Assembly: GCA_903837075.1 (NCBI GenBank)
Contig: CAILTI010000029.1
Coordinates: forward strand, 1 to 39,225
Direction of reading: 5' to 3'
DNA length: 39,225 bases
Source: an uncultured bacterium
GTDB taxonomy: Bacteria > Patescibacteriota > Minisyncoccia > Phycocordibacterales > PALSA-1337
Notes under the pieces: generated by a model
Told to the model about the DNA's origin: nothing
The model's database searches: none
What the model saw: only the letters and a program-made list of their open reading frames with translations
Shown: one piece after another, positions 25,603-34,095 of the stretch
Numbering within the stretch: the first letter of the stretch is position 1
How the letters are laid out: every line of letters starts with the position of its first letter
Translations under genes and position numbers: made by a program

Positions 25603-26253
25603 ATGCAAACCCATCAACTAAAAAGAAACAATCCAAACATGAAGCGTGTGATCGTCGCGCGTGGAGGTAAGCGTGGAAAGACTGCCGGTCGCGGTGGTAA
25701 AGGTCAGTCCGCTCGTGCTGGTAACAAGCGCCGTCCAGAATGGAGAGATATCATCAAGAGACTGCCAAAGTTGCGCGGTCGTGGTATCAGCCCTCAGAAA
25801 TCATTCGTTGCGAAGCCTGTTATCATCAACCTAGAAGCGTTGGAGGTCGCGTTCGTAGCCAATGATCAGGTTTCACCAACCACTCTCATAGAAAAGGGTC
25901 TAGCCAGTACTATTTCGGGTCGCGTTCCTGCGATCAAGATCCTAGGTGACGGTGAAGTCACGAAGGCTTTGAAATTGTCAGGTCTCTCTATCTCAGGTTC
26001 TGCAAAAGAGAAGATCATCAAGGCAGGTGGTACAGTAGTTGAGATCGTCCCGAAAGTTATTTCGAAGCCTGAGAAGGTCAAGAAAGTGAAGTCTGAAAAG
26101 AAAGAGGTGGTCAAAGAAGAGGGGGATAAGAGTGAAAAATCAAAAGATTCCAAAAAAGAAGCTAAACCTGCGAAAAAGGAACAAGTAGAACAAGTAGTAG
26201 AAAAAGTCGCCAAGATAGAAAAGAAAGTTGCCAAGGAAGATACGAAGAAATAA
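25603..26253 (+). CDS. rplO: 50S ribosomal protein L15 with a Lys/Glu-rich tail
   Basis: RGKTAGRGGKGQSARAG, IKILGDGE, SAKEKIIKAGG. Confidence 0.96.
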   Translation: MQTHQLKRNNPNMKRVIVARGGKRGKTAGRGGKGQSARAGNKRRPEWRDIIKRLPKLRGRGISPQKSFVAKPVIINLEALEVAFVANDQVSPTTLIEKGLASTISGRVPAIKILGDGEVTKALKLSGLSISGSAKEKIIKAGGTVVEIVPKVISKPEKVKKVKSEKKEVVKEEGDKSEKSKDSKKEAKPAKKEQVEQVVEKVAKIEKKVAKEDTKK

Positions 26254-26316
26254 CAGGCAGCAGTAACAGGAAATATAAATAGTTATTCGAGATTCTAAAT
26301 AACCAATTTCAAAACA

Positions 26317-27591
26317 ATGAACAATTTCCTAGCAAAAATATCATTGGCATTCAGAGACCAGGTCTTGCGAAAGAGGATTGGTTTCACTATTTTGATCTTG
26401 ATATTGTTCAGATTGATGGCGACTATTCCAATACCAGGTGTCGATGTTGCCAACCTAGCGAAACTCCTATCTTCGAGCCAATTCTTCGGATTCCTCAACA
26501 TCTTTTCTGGTGGTGGCCTTTCCAACCTTTCTATCGTTATGCTCGGTGTCGGACCATTCATCACGGCTAGTATCATCATCCAGCTACTCACTATGATGTA
26601 TCCGAAGTGGAAGAACCTCATGCACGAAGAAGGTGAAGCTGGTCGCATGAAACTTTCTCAATATTCTAGATATATATCGATACCGCTCGGCGTCATATCA
26701 GCTATCGGCTTCTTGTCATTGCTACAATCACAGGGCGTACTCCCACAAATCTCGACGTCAGCATTCGTCATGAATGTGATCGTCATCACTGCTGGTTCTA
26801 CGCTCCTCATGTGGTTAGGTGAACTCGTATCAGAGTTCGGTATAGGTAATGGAGTTTCCCTCATCATTTTTGCGGGTATTGTTTCCAGTTTGCCGACCGC
26901 AGTCAATCAGTTCATAGTCCAGTTCAAAGCCATAGATATACCAGTTTATATCATAGCTGTAGTTATAGTACTCATCGTCGTTGCTGGTGTCGTCTACATC
27001 ACCGAGGCTGAGCGATCAGTACCAGTCACATATGCCAAACAAGTGAGAGGGAACAAGGTCTATGGTGGTGCTTCGACATATCTACCACTACGTTTGAATC
27101 AGGCTGGTGTTATCCCGATCATCTTTGCCCTCTCAATACTACTCTTCCCTCAGATCATTTCTAACCTGTTGTCTCATTGGACAGCACATCCTACTATCGC
27201 TGCCTGGGCGACATCATTCACGGTGTTATTCAATAACCAGTGGGTATATGGTGCTGCATATTTCGTACTGGTTGTTTTGTTCACGTATTTCTATACTGCA
27301 GTCACATTCGATCCAAAGCAGATTTCTGAAAATCTACAACGTTCAGGAGCCTTCATTCCTGGTGTACGTCCCGGCACTTTCACAATGGAGTATCTCGGCA
27401 ATATCGTAACCAGAATAACTCTCGTAGGGGCATTATTCCTAGGTATTATCGCTATTCTGCCTCTCTGTATGCAAGCGTTCACGTCTAGTAAGTCCCTGGC
27501 TATCGGCGGCACAGCACTCCTCATCGTTGTTTCCGTAGTTCTCGATCTATTGAAGAAGATAGATGCTCAGGTGGCGATGAGAGAATATTAG
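26317..27591 (+). CDS. secY: Preprotein translocase subunit SecY
   Basis: LGVGPFITASII, GIGNGVSLIIF, AGVIPIIFA, FIPGVRPG, GGTALLIVV. Confidence 0.98.
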   Translation: MNNFLAKISLAFRDQVLRKRIGFTILILILFRLMATIPIPGVDVANLAKLLSSSQFFGFLNIFSGGGLSNLSIVMLGVGPFITASIIIQLLTMMYPKWKNLMHEEGEAGRMKLSQYSRYISIPLGVISAIGFLSLLQSQGVLPQISTSAFVMNVIVITAGSTLLMWLGELVSEFGIGNGVSLIIFAGIVSSLPTAVNQFIVQFKAIDIPVYIIAVVIVLIVVAGVVYITEAERSVPVTYAKQVRGNKVYGGASTYLPLRLNQAGVIPIIFALSILLFPQIISNLLSHWTAHPTIAAWATSFTVLFNNQWVYGAAYFVLVVLFTYFYTAVTFDPKQISENLQRSGAFIPGVRPGTFTMEYLGNIVTRITLVGALFLGIIAILPLCMQAFTSSKSLAIGGTALLIVVSVVLDLLKKIDAQVAMREY

Positions 27592-27600
27592 AGAAATTTT

Positions 27601-27652
27601 CAATATTTCCTTCTTCGCCAAGGCTTCGAAGGGCAGGCAATGACACAATATT
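27601..27652 (+). repeat. REP-like 52-nt dispersed repeat, copy 1 (after secY)
   Basis: 51/52 identical to 30160-30211; core CCTTCTTCGCCAAGGCTTCGAAGGG. Confidence 0.85.
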
Positions 27653-27706
27653 GAATTTCAAAATGGACGGTTTCATAGCCGTCCTTTTTGATATATAATG
27701 GAAGGT

Positions 27707-28300
27707 ATGAAACCCCAAGCATTCATCTTTATAGGTCGCTCAGGCTGTGGCAAGGGAACACAGGTAAAGTTACTCATGGAAATCTTAGCCCAGAAAGATC
27801 CGTCACTCGAGAGTCTCTATGTTCAGACTGGACAAGAGTTCCGTCAATTCATTCAAGGCGAAACATTTACCCAAAAGAAAAGTAAGGAGATATATGACGC
27901 CGGTGGTCTACAGCCAGAATTCTTGACTGTAGATATGTGGGGCAGGGTACTCATAGAGAAGTATAAAGGCGATCAGCATCTCATCTTTGATGGAACCCCT
28001 CGAAAGCTGCATGAAGCAGGTGCGTTGCATTCGTGCTTCGGATTTTATGGTTTTGACAAGCCCTGGGTGATCAATATAGACATCAGTAATGCGGAGTCAA
28101 AGAAGAGACTCCTAGCACGCAAGAGGTTCGACGATACCGAGGAGGAGATAACCAAGCGTCTGGAGTGGTATGAGACTGATGTTGAGCCGGCGCTCGGATA
28201 TTACGATGGCAATCCCAAATATACCTTTTTGAAAATCTCGGGAGAGAGGTCTGTTGAGGAGATCCATGCCGATATTGTGAAAAGGCTGGGTTTGGTGTAG
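27707..28300 (+). CDS. adk: Adenylate kinase family nucleoside monophosphate kinase (short LID)
   Basis: GRSGCGKGTQ, FDGTPR, RFDD; position between secY and map. Confidence 0.88.
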   Translation: MKPQAFIFIGRSGCGKGTQVKLLMEILAQKDPSLESLYVQTGQEFRQFIQGETFTQKKSKEIYDAGGLQPEFLTVDMWGRVLIEKYKGDQHLIFDGTPRKLHEAGALHSCFGFYGFDKPWVINIDISNAESKKRLLARKRFDDTEEEITKRLEWYETDVEPALGYYDGNPKYTFLKISGERSVEEIHADIVKRLGLV

Positions 28301-28354
28301 GTTGATAAGGTAGATTTGAGATAAATCATAAATCTATTTATTCCCCTCACCTCA

Positions 28355-28438
28355 TAACAATGAAGGTTCCAGGGGTACGGATATTTTCCTGCTGGAAAAT
28401 TCCTCGTGCTCGCAAGCCCCCTTCAACCTTCATTGTTA
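28355..28438. repeat. Palindromic intergenic element with a 14-bp perfect IR
   Basis: TAACAATGAAGGTT/AACCTTCATTGTTA with an internal hairpin. Confidence 0.6.
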
Positions 28439-28479
28439 CTCGGCTCGTGGTAATATTATTCATTGACGTAAGCTATTTT

Positions 28480-29247
28480 ATGATAACAATAAAGACAAAG
28501 GAAGACATCGCTATCCTCCGTGAGGGGGGGCGTCGTCATGCGGAAATATTGCGCGAATTGGCCAAGATGGTGAAGCCTGGTGTCCGTAGCAGTGAACTCG
28601 AGGATGCGGCGCGCAAGATGATCACCGAAGGTGGTGATGAACCGGCCCTACTCAACTACATGCCATATGGAGCAAAGAGACCATATCCTGCGGCACTTTG
28701 CGTCTCAGTGAATGATGAGATAGTGCACGGGATCCCCAATGAAACAGACAAGATCTTGAAGGAAGGTGATATTGTTGGACTCGACCTAGGCCTCACCCAT
28801 AGAGGACTGATCACAGATGCGACATTGACTGTTGCTGTCGGCAACGTGTCATCTGAAGTCCAGGAACTCCTAGAAGTCACCAAGAAAGCTCTAGCTGCCG
28901 GTGTGAAGGCCGCCAAAGGTGGCAAACGTATCGGCGATATAGGTAATGCCATAGCACGTGTAGCGGCATCGAAGGTTTACGGCGTAGTCGAAGAATTGGC
29001 TGGCCATGGTGTCGGATATGATGTCCATGAAGAACCATATGTTCCGAATTTCGGCACAGCTGGTAGTGGTCCTATATTGAAACCTGGAATGGTTCTCGCT
29101 ATCGAGCCGATGTTCAATCTCGGTTCAAAGAAAATAAAATTAGACAAAGATGGCTATACTTACAGAACTGCTGATGGTAGTTACAGTGCACACTTCGAGC
29201 ATACAGTTGTCATCACGAAGGGGGGTGCTGAGATTCTGACTATTTAG
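28480..29247 (+). CDS. map: Type I methionine aminopeptidase
   Basis: CVSVNDEIVHGIP, GHGVG..VHEEP, AIEPM, SAHFEHTV; ATG 28480. Confidence 0.97.
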   Translation: MITIKTKEDIAILREGGRRHAEILRELAKMVKPGVRSSELEDAARKMITEGGDEPALLNYMPYGAKRPYPAALCVSVNDEIVHGIPNETDKILKEGDIVGLDLGLTHRGLITDATLTVAVGNVSSEVQELLEVTKKALAAGVKAAKGGKRIGDIGNAIARVAASKVYGVVEELAGHGVGYDVHEEPYVPNFGTAGSGPILKPGMVLAIEPMFNLGSKKIKLDKDGYTYRTADGSYSAHFEHTVVITKGGAEILTI

Positions 29248-29332
29248 ATTTTATTCTGACAAGCGAAGATGTGTGAATATTTTTATATTCACAACATCTG
29301 AGTCGAAGTCAGAACAAACGAGTAAATACTAA

Positions 29333-29495
29333 ACAGTAACTCCTAACACCTCTTGAGTCCCGAGGATATTTTGCGACCAATATACCAGCGCATTTTCCAA
29401 AGGATGAGTGAATCCTTGGAGCGAGTCCTTTGTGAAAATGCTGGTATATTGGAAACAAAGCCGCAGGGACGAAGAGAGGTGTTAGGAGTTACTGT
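29333..29495. repeat. MITE-like element, 163 bp, 21-bp perfect terminal IR, internal long hairpin
   Basis: ACAGTAACTCCTAACACCTCT/AGAGGTGTTAGGAGTTACTGT; interior shared with 1-94. Confidence 0.85.
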
Positions 29496-29546
29496 CAGCG
29501 GTCAAAAATTGAAATACTGCCACATTTACTATATAATCACGGAACT

Positions 29547-30155
29547 ATGAAAAATCACCCAAAGTACGAGCGCACGCTAGTTATTATCAAGCCAGATGGA
29601 ATACAGAGGACGTTGATCGGAGAGATTATAAAGAGATATGAGCAAATAGGGCTGAAATTGGTCGGCATAAAGATGTTGGTACCGACAGCGGATCTGATCG
29701 AGGAGCATTACACATTGGATCCAGAATGGCGAACCAAGACAGGTCTAAAGACTATCAAAGGTTATACGGACAAGGGACTAAAGCCACCACATACAGATCC
29801 ATTGAAGATCACCGCGATCATTCTGAAGAACCTAGTTAAATATATGACCAAGGGACCAGTCGTGGCCATGGTATGGGAAGGGGCGCATGCTGTCGAGATA
29901 GTACGAAAAGTTACCGGTGGAACTGAGCCGTTGACTTCACCTATCGGTACGATACGCGGTGATTATGTTATCGATTCATATAGAATGAGTGACGTTGATG
30001 GTCGCGCCGTTCGAAACCTCGTACATGCTTCTGGATCAGTCAAAGAAGCCAATGATGAGATCTCCCATTGGTTCAAGAAGGACGAAGTCTTCGCATACAG
30101 ACATATCTCAGAGGCGATGCTCTACGATGTCGATCTCGATGGCATACTCGAGTAA
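29547..30155 (+). CDS. ndk: Nucleoside-diphosphate kinase
   Basis: ERTLVIIKPDGIQR, GPVVAMVWEG, GTIRGDY, RNLVHASGS. Confidence 0.96.
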   Translation: MKNHPKYERTLVIIKPDGIQRTLIGEIIKRYEQIGLKLVGIKMLVPTADLIEEHYTLDPEWRTKTGLKTIKGYTDKGLKPPHTDPLKITAIILKNLVKYMTKGPVVAMVWEGAHAVEIVRKVTGGTEPLTSPIGTIRGDYVIDSYRMSDVDGRAVRNLVHASGSVKEANDEISHWFKKDEVFAYRHISEAMLYDVDLDGILE

Positions 30156-30159
30156 TTAC

Positions 30160-30211
30160 CAATATTCCCTTCTTCGCCAAGGCTTCGAAGGGCAGGCAAT
30201 GACACAATATT
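30160..30211 (+). repeat. REP-like 52-nt dispersed repeat, copy 2 (after ndk)
   Basis: 51/52 identical to 27601-27652. Confidence 0.85.
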
Positions 30212-30597
30212 CAAGTCTACATACTAAAGCTAATTTAAAATTGCAATAGACAACAACTTCATGACACGTCTTTTGATTCGATATCAATAAATGTGTCGCA
30301 AATAGTTTTCCCCATTGCGATCTTCGTCAGTAATGAATAAAATGTATTCAGGTTGCGAGAGTAAATTCCACAAAATTTACATCTACGGGAGATCGACGAA
30401 TGTTACACATTCAAATTCCTGGGCACTCCGGTGTTCTGGGTGAGATCACCCACCTGTATCCACAGGTATTCTACTCTTGCAATCCTTGGAGAATGTCTGC
30501 AGACATACGTTTGCAGGCATTTTTCTTTATATATGGCCTATAAAGTCCTTATGGTCTGCAAAGTGATGTGTAGGCATATAACTGCTATAATGAACCC

Positions 30598-30978
30598 ATG
30601 TTAACATACATATTTGCACTGATCATATTATTCATCATGTTGGTGGCGCACATATTCGGTATTAACGGGTTATATTATCACTACCCATTTTATGACATAT
30701 TCATGCACGTACTGGGTGGGGCAGGGATAGGGTTGTTATTGATAGCTTTCATCAGATCGAATTTTTCCAATTTTGCCAATATACTATTTTTACGTCGGAA
30801 AGTCGTTCTAGGTGTACTGGTTGTGGGGCTCATGTGGGAGCTATTCGAGATGTATTTCGATATTGCTGGTGCGCCATTGTGGACGACGGCTTACTATATA
30901 GACACGGCCAAAGATCTCATCAATGATGTTATCGGTGCGAGCATCGTCGCCTGGTTGATCTTTAGAAAAAAGAAATAG
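30598..30978 (+). CDS. Small integral membrane protein (four TM helices)
   Basis: YDIFMHVLGG, WELFE, DTAKDLIND motifs; hydrophobic. Confidence 0.8.
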   Translation: MLTYIFALIILFIMLVAHIFGINGLYYHYPFYDIFMHVLGGAGIGLLLIAFIRSNFSNFANILFLRRKVVLGVLVVGLMWELFEMYFDIAGAPLWTTAYYIDTAKDLINDVIGASIVAWLIFRKKK

Positions 30979-30994
30979 TATTGGTTCAATAACG

Positions 30995-32452
30995 ATGTCC
31001 CATTCAGAAAACAATAAAATCAAATTTTGCTCCGGTGTAGGAACTGTAACTGGCGCGAATTTCCTATTGGAAACAGGGAAGGGTACAAAGATCCTGATCG
31101 ATTGCGGATTAGTCCAGGGCGAGAGGGTTGCTGAGGAGATAAATAGCGAAGCATTCCCATATGACCTCTCGACGATCTCGGCTATGTTCGTTACCCATGC
31201 ACACCTAGATCATGTTGGTCGTATTCCAAAATTGGTAAAGGACGGTTACAAGGGGCCGATATATTCGACACCGCAGACTAGAGATCTGGCAGAGTTGGTA
31301 TTGAATGATGCAGTCGGAATCCTGACCACTGAGGCCGAGCAGGATGGTAGAGAGCCGCTGTATGGTCAGTCTGATGTTGACGCTGTGTTCCCGTTGTGGA
31401 AGACGATCGGATATCATGAGGAGTTCAGATTGGACGACGAGGTATCTATCACATTCAAGGATGCTGGGCATATTCTCGGATCCTCGATGACTGAGGTGCG
31501 TATTCTCGCGCCGCACCGGCCGGCGGATTCCCTTGCGATTCCCCTTGCGGGTTTGAGCAGGGGAACTCCAGAGGCCGACAGTGGCGCGAGTATAAAAATT
31601 CTCTTTACTGGTGACCTAGGTAACTCGCCGGCGCCTTTGCTACGAGATACAGAGGCGGTGGGGGATGCTGATTATCTAATTATGGAAAGTGTCTATGGGG
31701 ATCGCAATCACGAAGACAAGGAAGGCCGCGAAAATAAGTTCAAACAGATAATAGATCAGACGATGGCACGTGGCGGAACATTGGTCATACCAGCGTTTTC
31801 CATCGATCGTACGCAGGTCATCCTATTCGAGTTGAATAATATGGTTGAACAGGGGAAGATCCAGTCTGTACCAGTATTCGTCGATTCACCAATGGCTATA
31901 AAGGCGACAGATATATATGCCGCGAATACTCAACTATTCAATAGCCGTGTCGCCGAGCAGATCGCTAAAGGCGATGACGTATTCCATTTCCCACGACTCG
32001 AGTACACCATGTCGTCCAATGACTCGAGAGATATCGAGCGTATGAATGGTGCCAAGATCATTCTCGCTGGTTCGGGGATGTCCGTTGGAGGACGTGTGAT
32101 CGGTCATGAAGCGCATTATTTGCCTGATGAGAAGAGTACCATCCTCCTTGTAGGATATCAGACGACTGGTTCACTCGGCCGACGATTGGCTGAAGGTGCA
32201 AAAAAGGTTCATATACATGGACAGGAGGTTAAGGTAAAGGCACATATCGAAACTCTATACGGATATTCCGCTCATAAAGATAGTGATCATTTGCTCGAGT
32301 TCGTCTCGACTGGTACGGATAGACTAAAAAAGGTATTCGTAACGATGGGCGAACCTGGTGCATCTATGCATCTGGCACAAAGGATCGGTGATGAGTTGGG
32401 TGTGAAGGCTGTAGTGCCGGGAAGAGGGGACAGTTATGAATTGAATGATTGA
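30995..32452 (+). CDS. MBL-fold beta-CASP ribonuclease (YSH1-like)
   Basis: LIDCG, THAHLDHVGR, AGHILGS, FTGDLG, ESVYG, SGMSVGGR, YSAHKD. Confidence 0.93.
   Translation: MSHSENNKIKFCSGVGTVTGANFLLETGKGTKILIDCGLVQGERVAEEINSEAFPYDLSTISAMFVTHAHLDHVGRIPKLVKDGYKGPIYSTPQTRDLAELVLNDAVGILTTEAEQDGREPLYGQSDVDAVFPLWKTIGYHEEFRLDDEVSITFKDAGHILGSSMTEVRILAPHRPADSLAIPLAGLSRGTPEADSGASIKILFTGDLGNSPAPLLRDTEAVGDADYLIMESVYGDRNHEDKEGRENKFKQIIDQTMARGGTLVIPAFSIDRTQVILFELNNMVEQGKIQSVPVFVDSPMAIKATDIYAANTQLFNSRVAEQIAKGDDVFHFPRLEYTMSSNDSRDIERMNGAKIILAGSGMSVGGRVIGHEAHYLPDEKSTILLVGYQTTGSLGRRLAEGAKKVHIHGQEVKVKAHIETLYGYSAHKDSDHLLEFVSTGTDRLKKVFVTMGEPGASMHLAQRIGDELGVKAVVPGRGDSYELND
31501..31594. repeat. Palindromic in-frame insert in the beta-CASP gene
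   Basis: IR TATTCTCGCGCC/GGCGCGAGTATA; minus-strand core CTCAAACCCGCAAGGGGAATCG shared with the recJ and rpsE inserts. Confidence 0.65.
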
Positions 32453-32707
32453 AAGATCGTGGAAAGCATTCGCCACGTCCAGGTTCAGCGATTTTGCCAG
32501 TAAATTTTTGGAGATCTATATATTCGCAGACAAAAAAGCGCTTCGAGAGTATAAAAAACCCCTCGAAGCGCCGATGCAAACCGAATGATTTGGGGCATCC
32601 TGGCCAGTCACCGATGTGAATTGAGTCGACGGGACTCGCACCGGTTGCTGAAAAAAAACGAAAACAGCAGACTAAGCAGGCTCCAAATGAAAGGATCGCG
32701 CCAGTTA

Positions 32708-33052
32708 CTACTTTACCATACTCACGACTTTTGTGAAAGTCTCAGGTTTGAATTCGGCGAGATGGGCTAGAGACTTGCGGTCTAGAGCGATACCTTTCTT
32801 CTTTGCGGCACCGATGAATTTGCTATATGAAAATCCTAGTGGTCGGAGTGCGGCGTTGATCTTTACATTCCAGAGGCGGCGAAAATCACCTTTCTTGTCG
32901 CGGCGGTGAGCGAATGAGTATGCGCCAGCGTGCATGAGGGCATCTACTGCAGCTCTCTCAGTCTTGGAGCGGCGGAAACGAAAGCCTTTGGCGGCTTTCA
33001 GGATCGTGCGGCGGTTCTTTAGGGCGTGTACTGCTTTTTTGACTCTGGTCAT
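32708..33052 (-). CDS. rplT: 50S ribosomal protein L20
   Basis: MTRVKK, RRDKKGDFRRLW, INAA, LDRKSLA. Confidence 0.97.
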   Translation of the reverse strand: MTRVKKAVHALKNRRTILKAAKGFRFRRSKTERAAVDALMHAGAYSFAHRRDKKGDFRRLWNVKINAALRPLGFSYSKFIGAAKKKGIALDRKSLAHLAEFKPETFTKVVSMVK

Positions 33053-33136
33053 TTTAGTTAGTGGTTAGTAGTTAGTGATTAGTTGTTAGTGAATGGTATT
33101 TGTGATTTCTAATCACTATTCACTAGTCACTGGCTT

Positions 33137-33331
33137 TTAAATGGTTGCTAAAAATCTACTCTTCGCCTTGTTATTCATATGCAAGATCGCATTCATACGA
33201 TGCTTGTTGGTGCTCTTTTTGGAAGAGTCCTTGGCATTGAAATGGTTCTGACCTGGTTTACGTGCCAGAATCTTGCCATTTTTGGTGACCTTGAGGCGCT
33301 TCATGAATGATTTGTGGGTTTTGATGCTCAT
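33137..33331 (-). CDS. rpmI: 50S ribosomal protein L35
   Basis: IKTHKSFMKRLKVTKNGK; between infC and rplT. Confidence 0.93.
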   Translation of the reverse strand: MSIKTHKSFMKRLKVTKNGKILARKPGQNHFNAKDSSKKSTNKHRMNAILHMNNKAKSRFLATI

Positions 33332-33416
33332 AGTATTTAGTCGTTAGTGACTAGTGGTTAGTGGTTAGTGTTTGCGATTACTAATCACTAGTCACTATTC
33401 ACTAATAACTGATTAA

Positions 33417-33926
33417 TTATTTCTTTTCTATATAAATGGTTAAACCCTTTGGTCCTTTCGTTGCTGATTGGGCGATCTTGTATTCGACGGTCACCAGCTT
33501 CAGGATACGTTCCAATCTCTCTTTCAGGAAATTCATATCCATATACTTGGATCGTCCGACTAGGAAGAGGTCGATCTTGACACGATTGCCTTCGGACAGC
33601 CATTCGGAGACTTTCTTGGCTTTTAGCTCAAGGTCATGGTCTCCTGTACCGATCTTGACTTGGATAATCTTGACTTCGGTAGTGGTGGTCTTGGACTTGG
33701 CGACCTTCAGTTTCTTCTTTTCATCGTACAAATACTTCCCATAATCCATGATCTTGGCCACTGGAGGTACTGCGGTAGGGGAGATCTCTATGAGATCCAA
33801 ACCTCTCGCCTGTGCCTCTGTTAGGGCCACCTGTAAGCTTATTACTCCAAAATTCGTTCCGTCATCGGCAAGGACCCGTAGTTCGGGTGCTTTGATCTGA
33901 TGGTTGATTTTGACTCGTATACTCAA
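33417..33926 (-). CDS. infC: Translation initiation factor IF-3 (non-ATG start)
   Basis: INHQIKAPELRV, LDLIEISP, PPVAKIMDYGKY, HDLELK. Confidence 0.96.
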   Translation of the reverse strand: MSIRVKINHQIKAPELRVLADDGTNFGVISLQVALTEAQARGLDLIEISPTAVPPVAKIMDYGKYLYDEKKKLKVAKSKTTTTEVKIIQVKIGTGDHDLELKAKKVSEWLSEGNRVKIDLFLVGRSKYMDMNFLKERLERILKLVTVEYKIAQSATKGPKGLTIYIEKK

Positions 33927-34095
33927 GGGATTACAGAGTGTATTTATAGCATATATGGGTCATTGATGCAAGGTAGAAGTGCTCGGGGCCAATGATCAAT
34001 ACTCAATAACGCAATGACCAGTGAATATTGGAATATTGAATATTCAATGAACATTGTGTCATTGGGTATTGCCTGCCTGCCGGCAGGCCGGAACA

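Noticed and set aside
28360-28479. N-terminal extension of Map, and small ORFs at 29353-29550 and 36861-37058
   Set aside because: They are read-throughs of palindromic or repeat elements; Map homology starts at 28480
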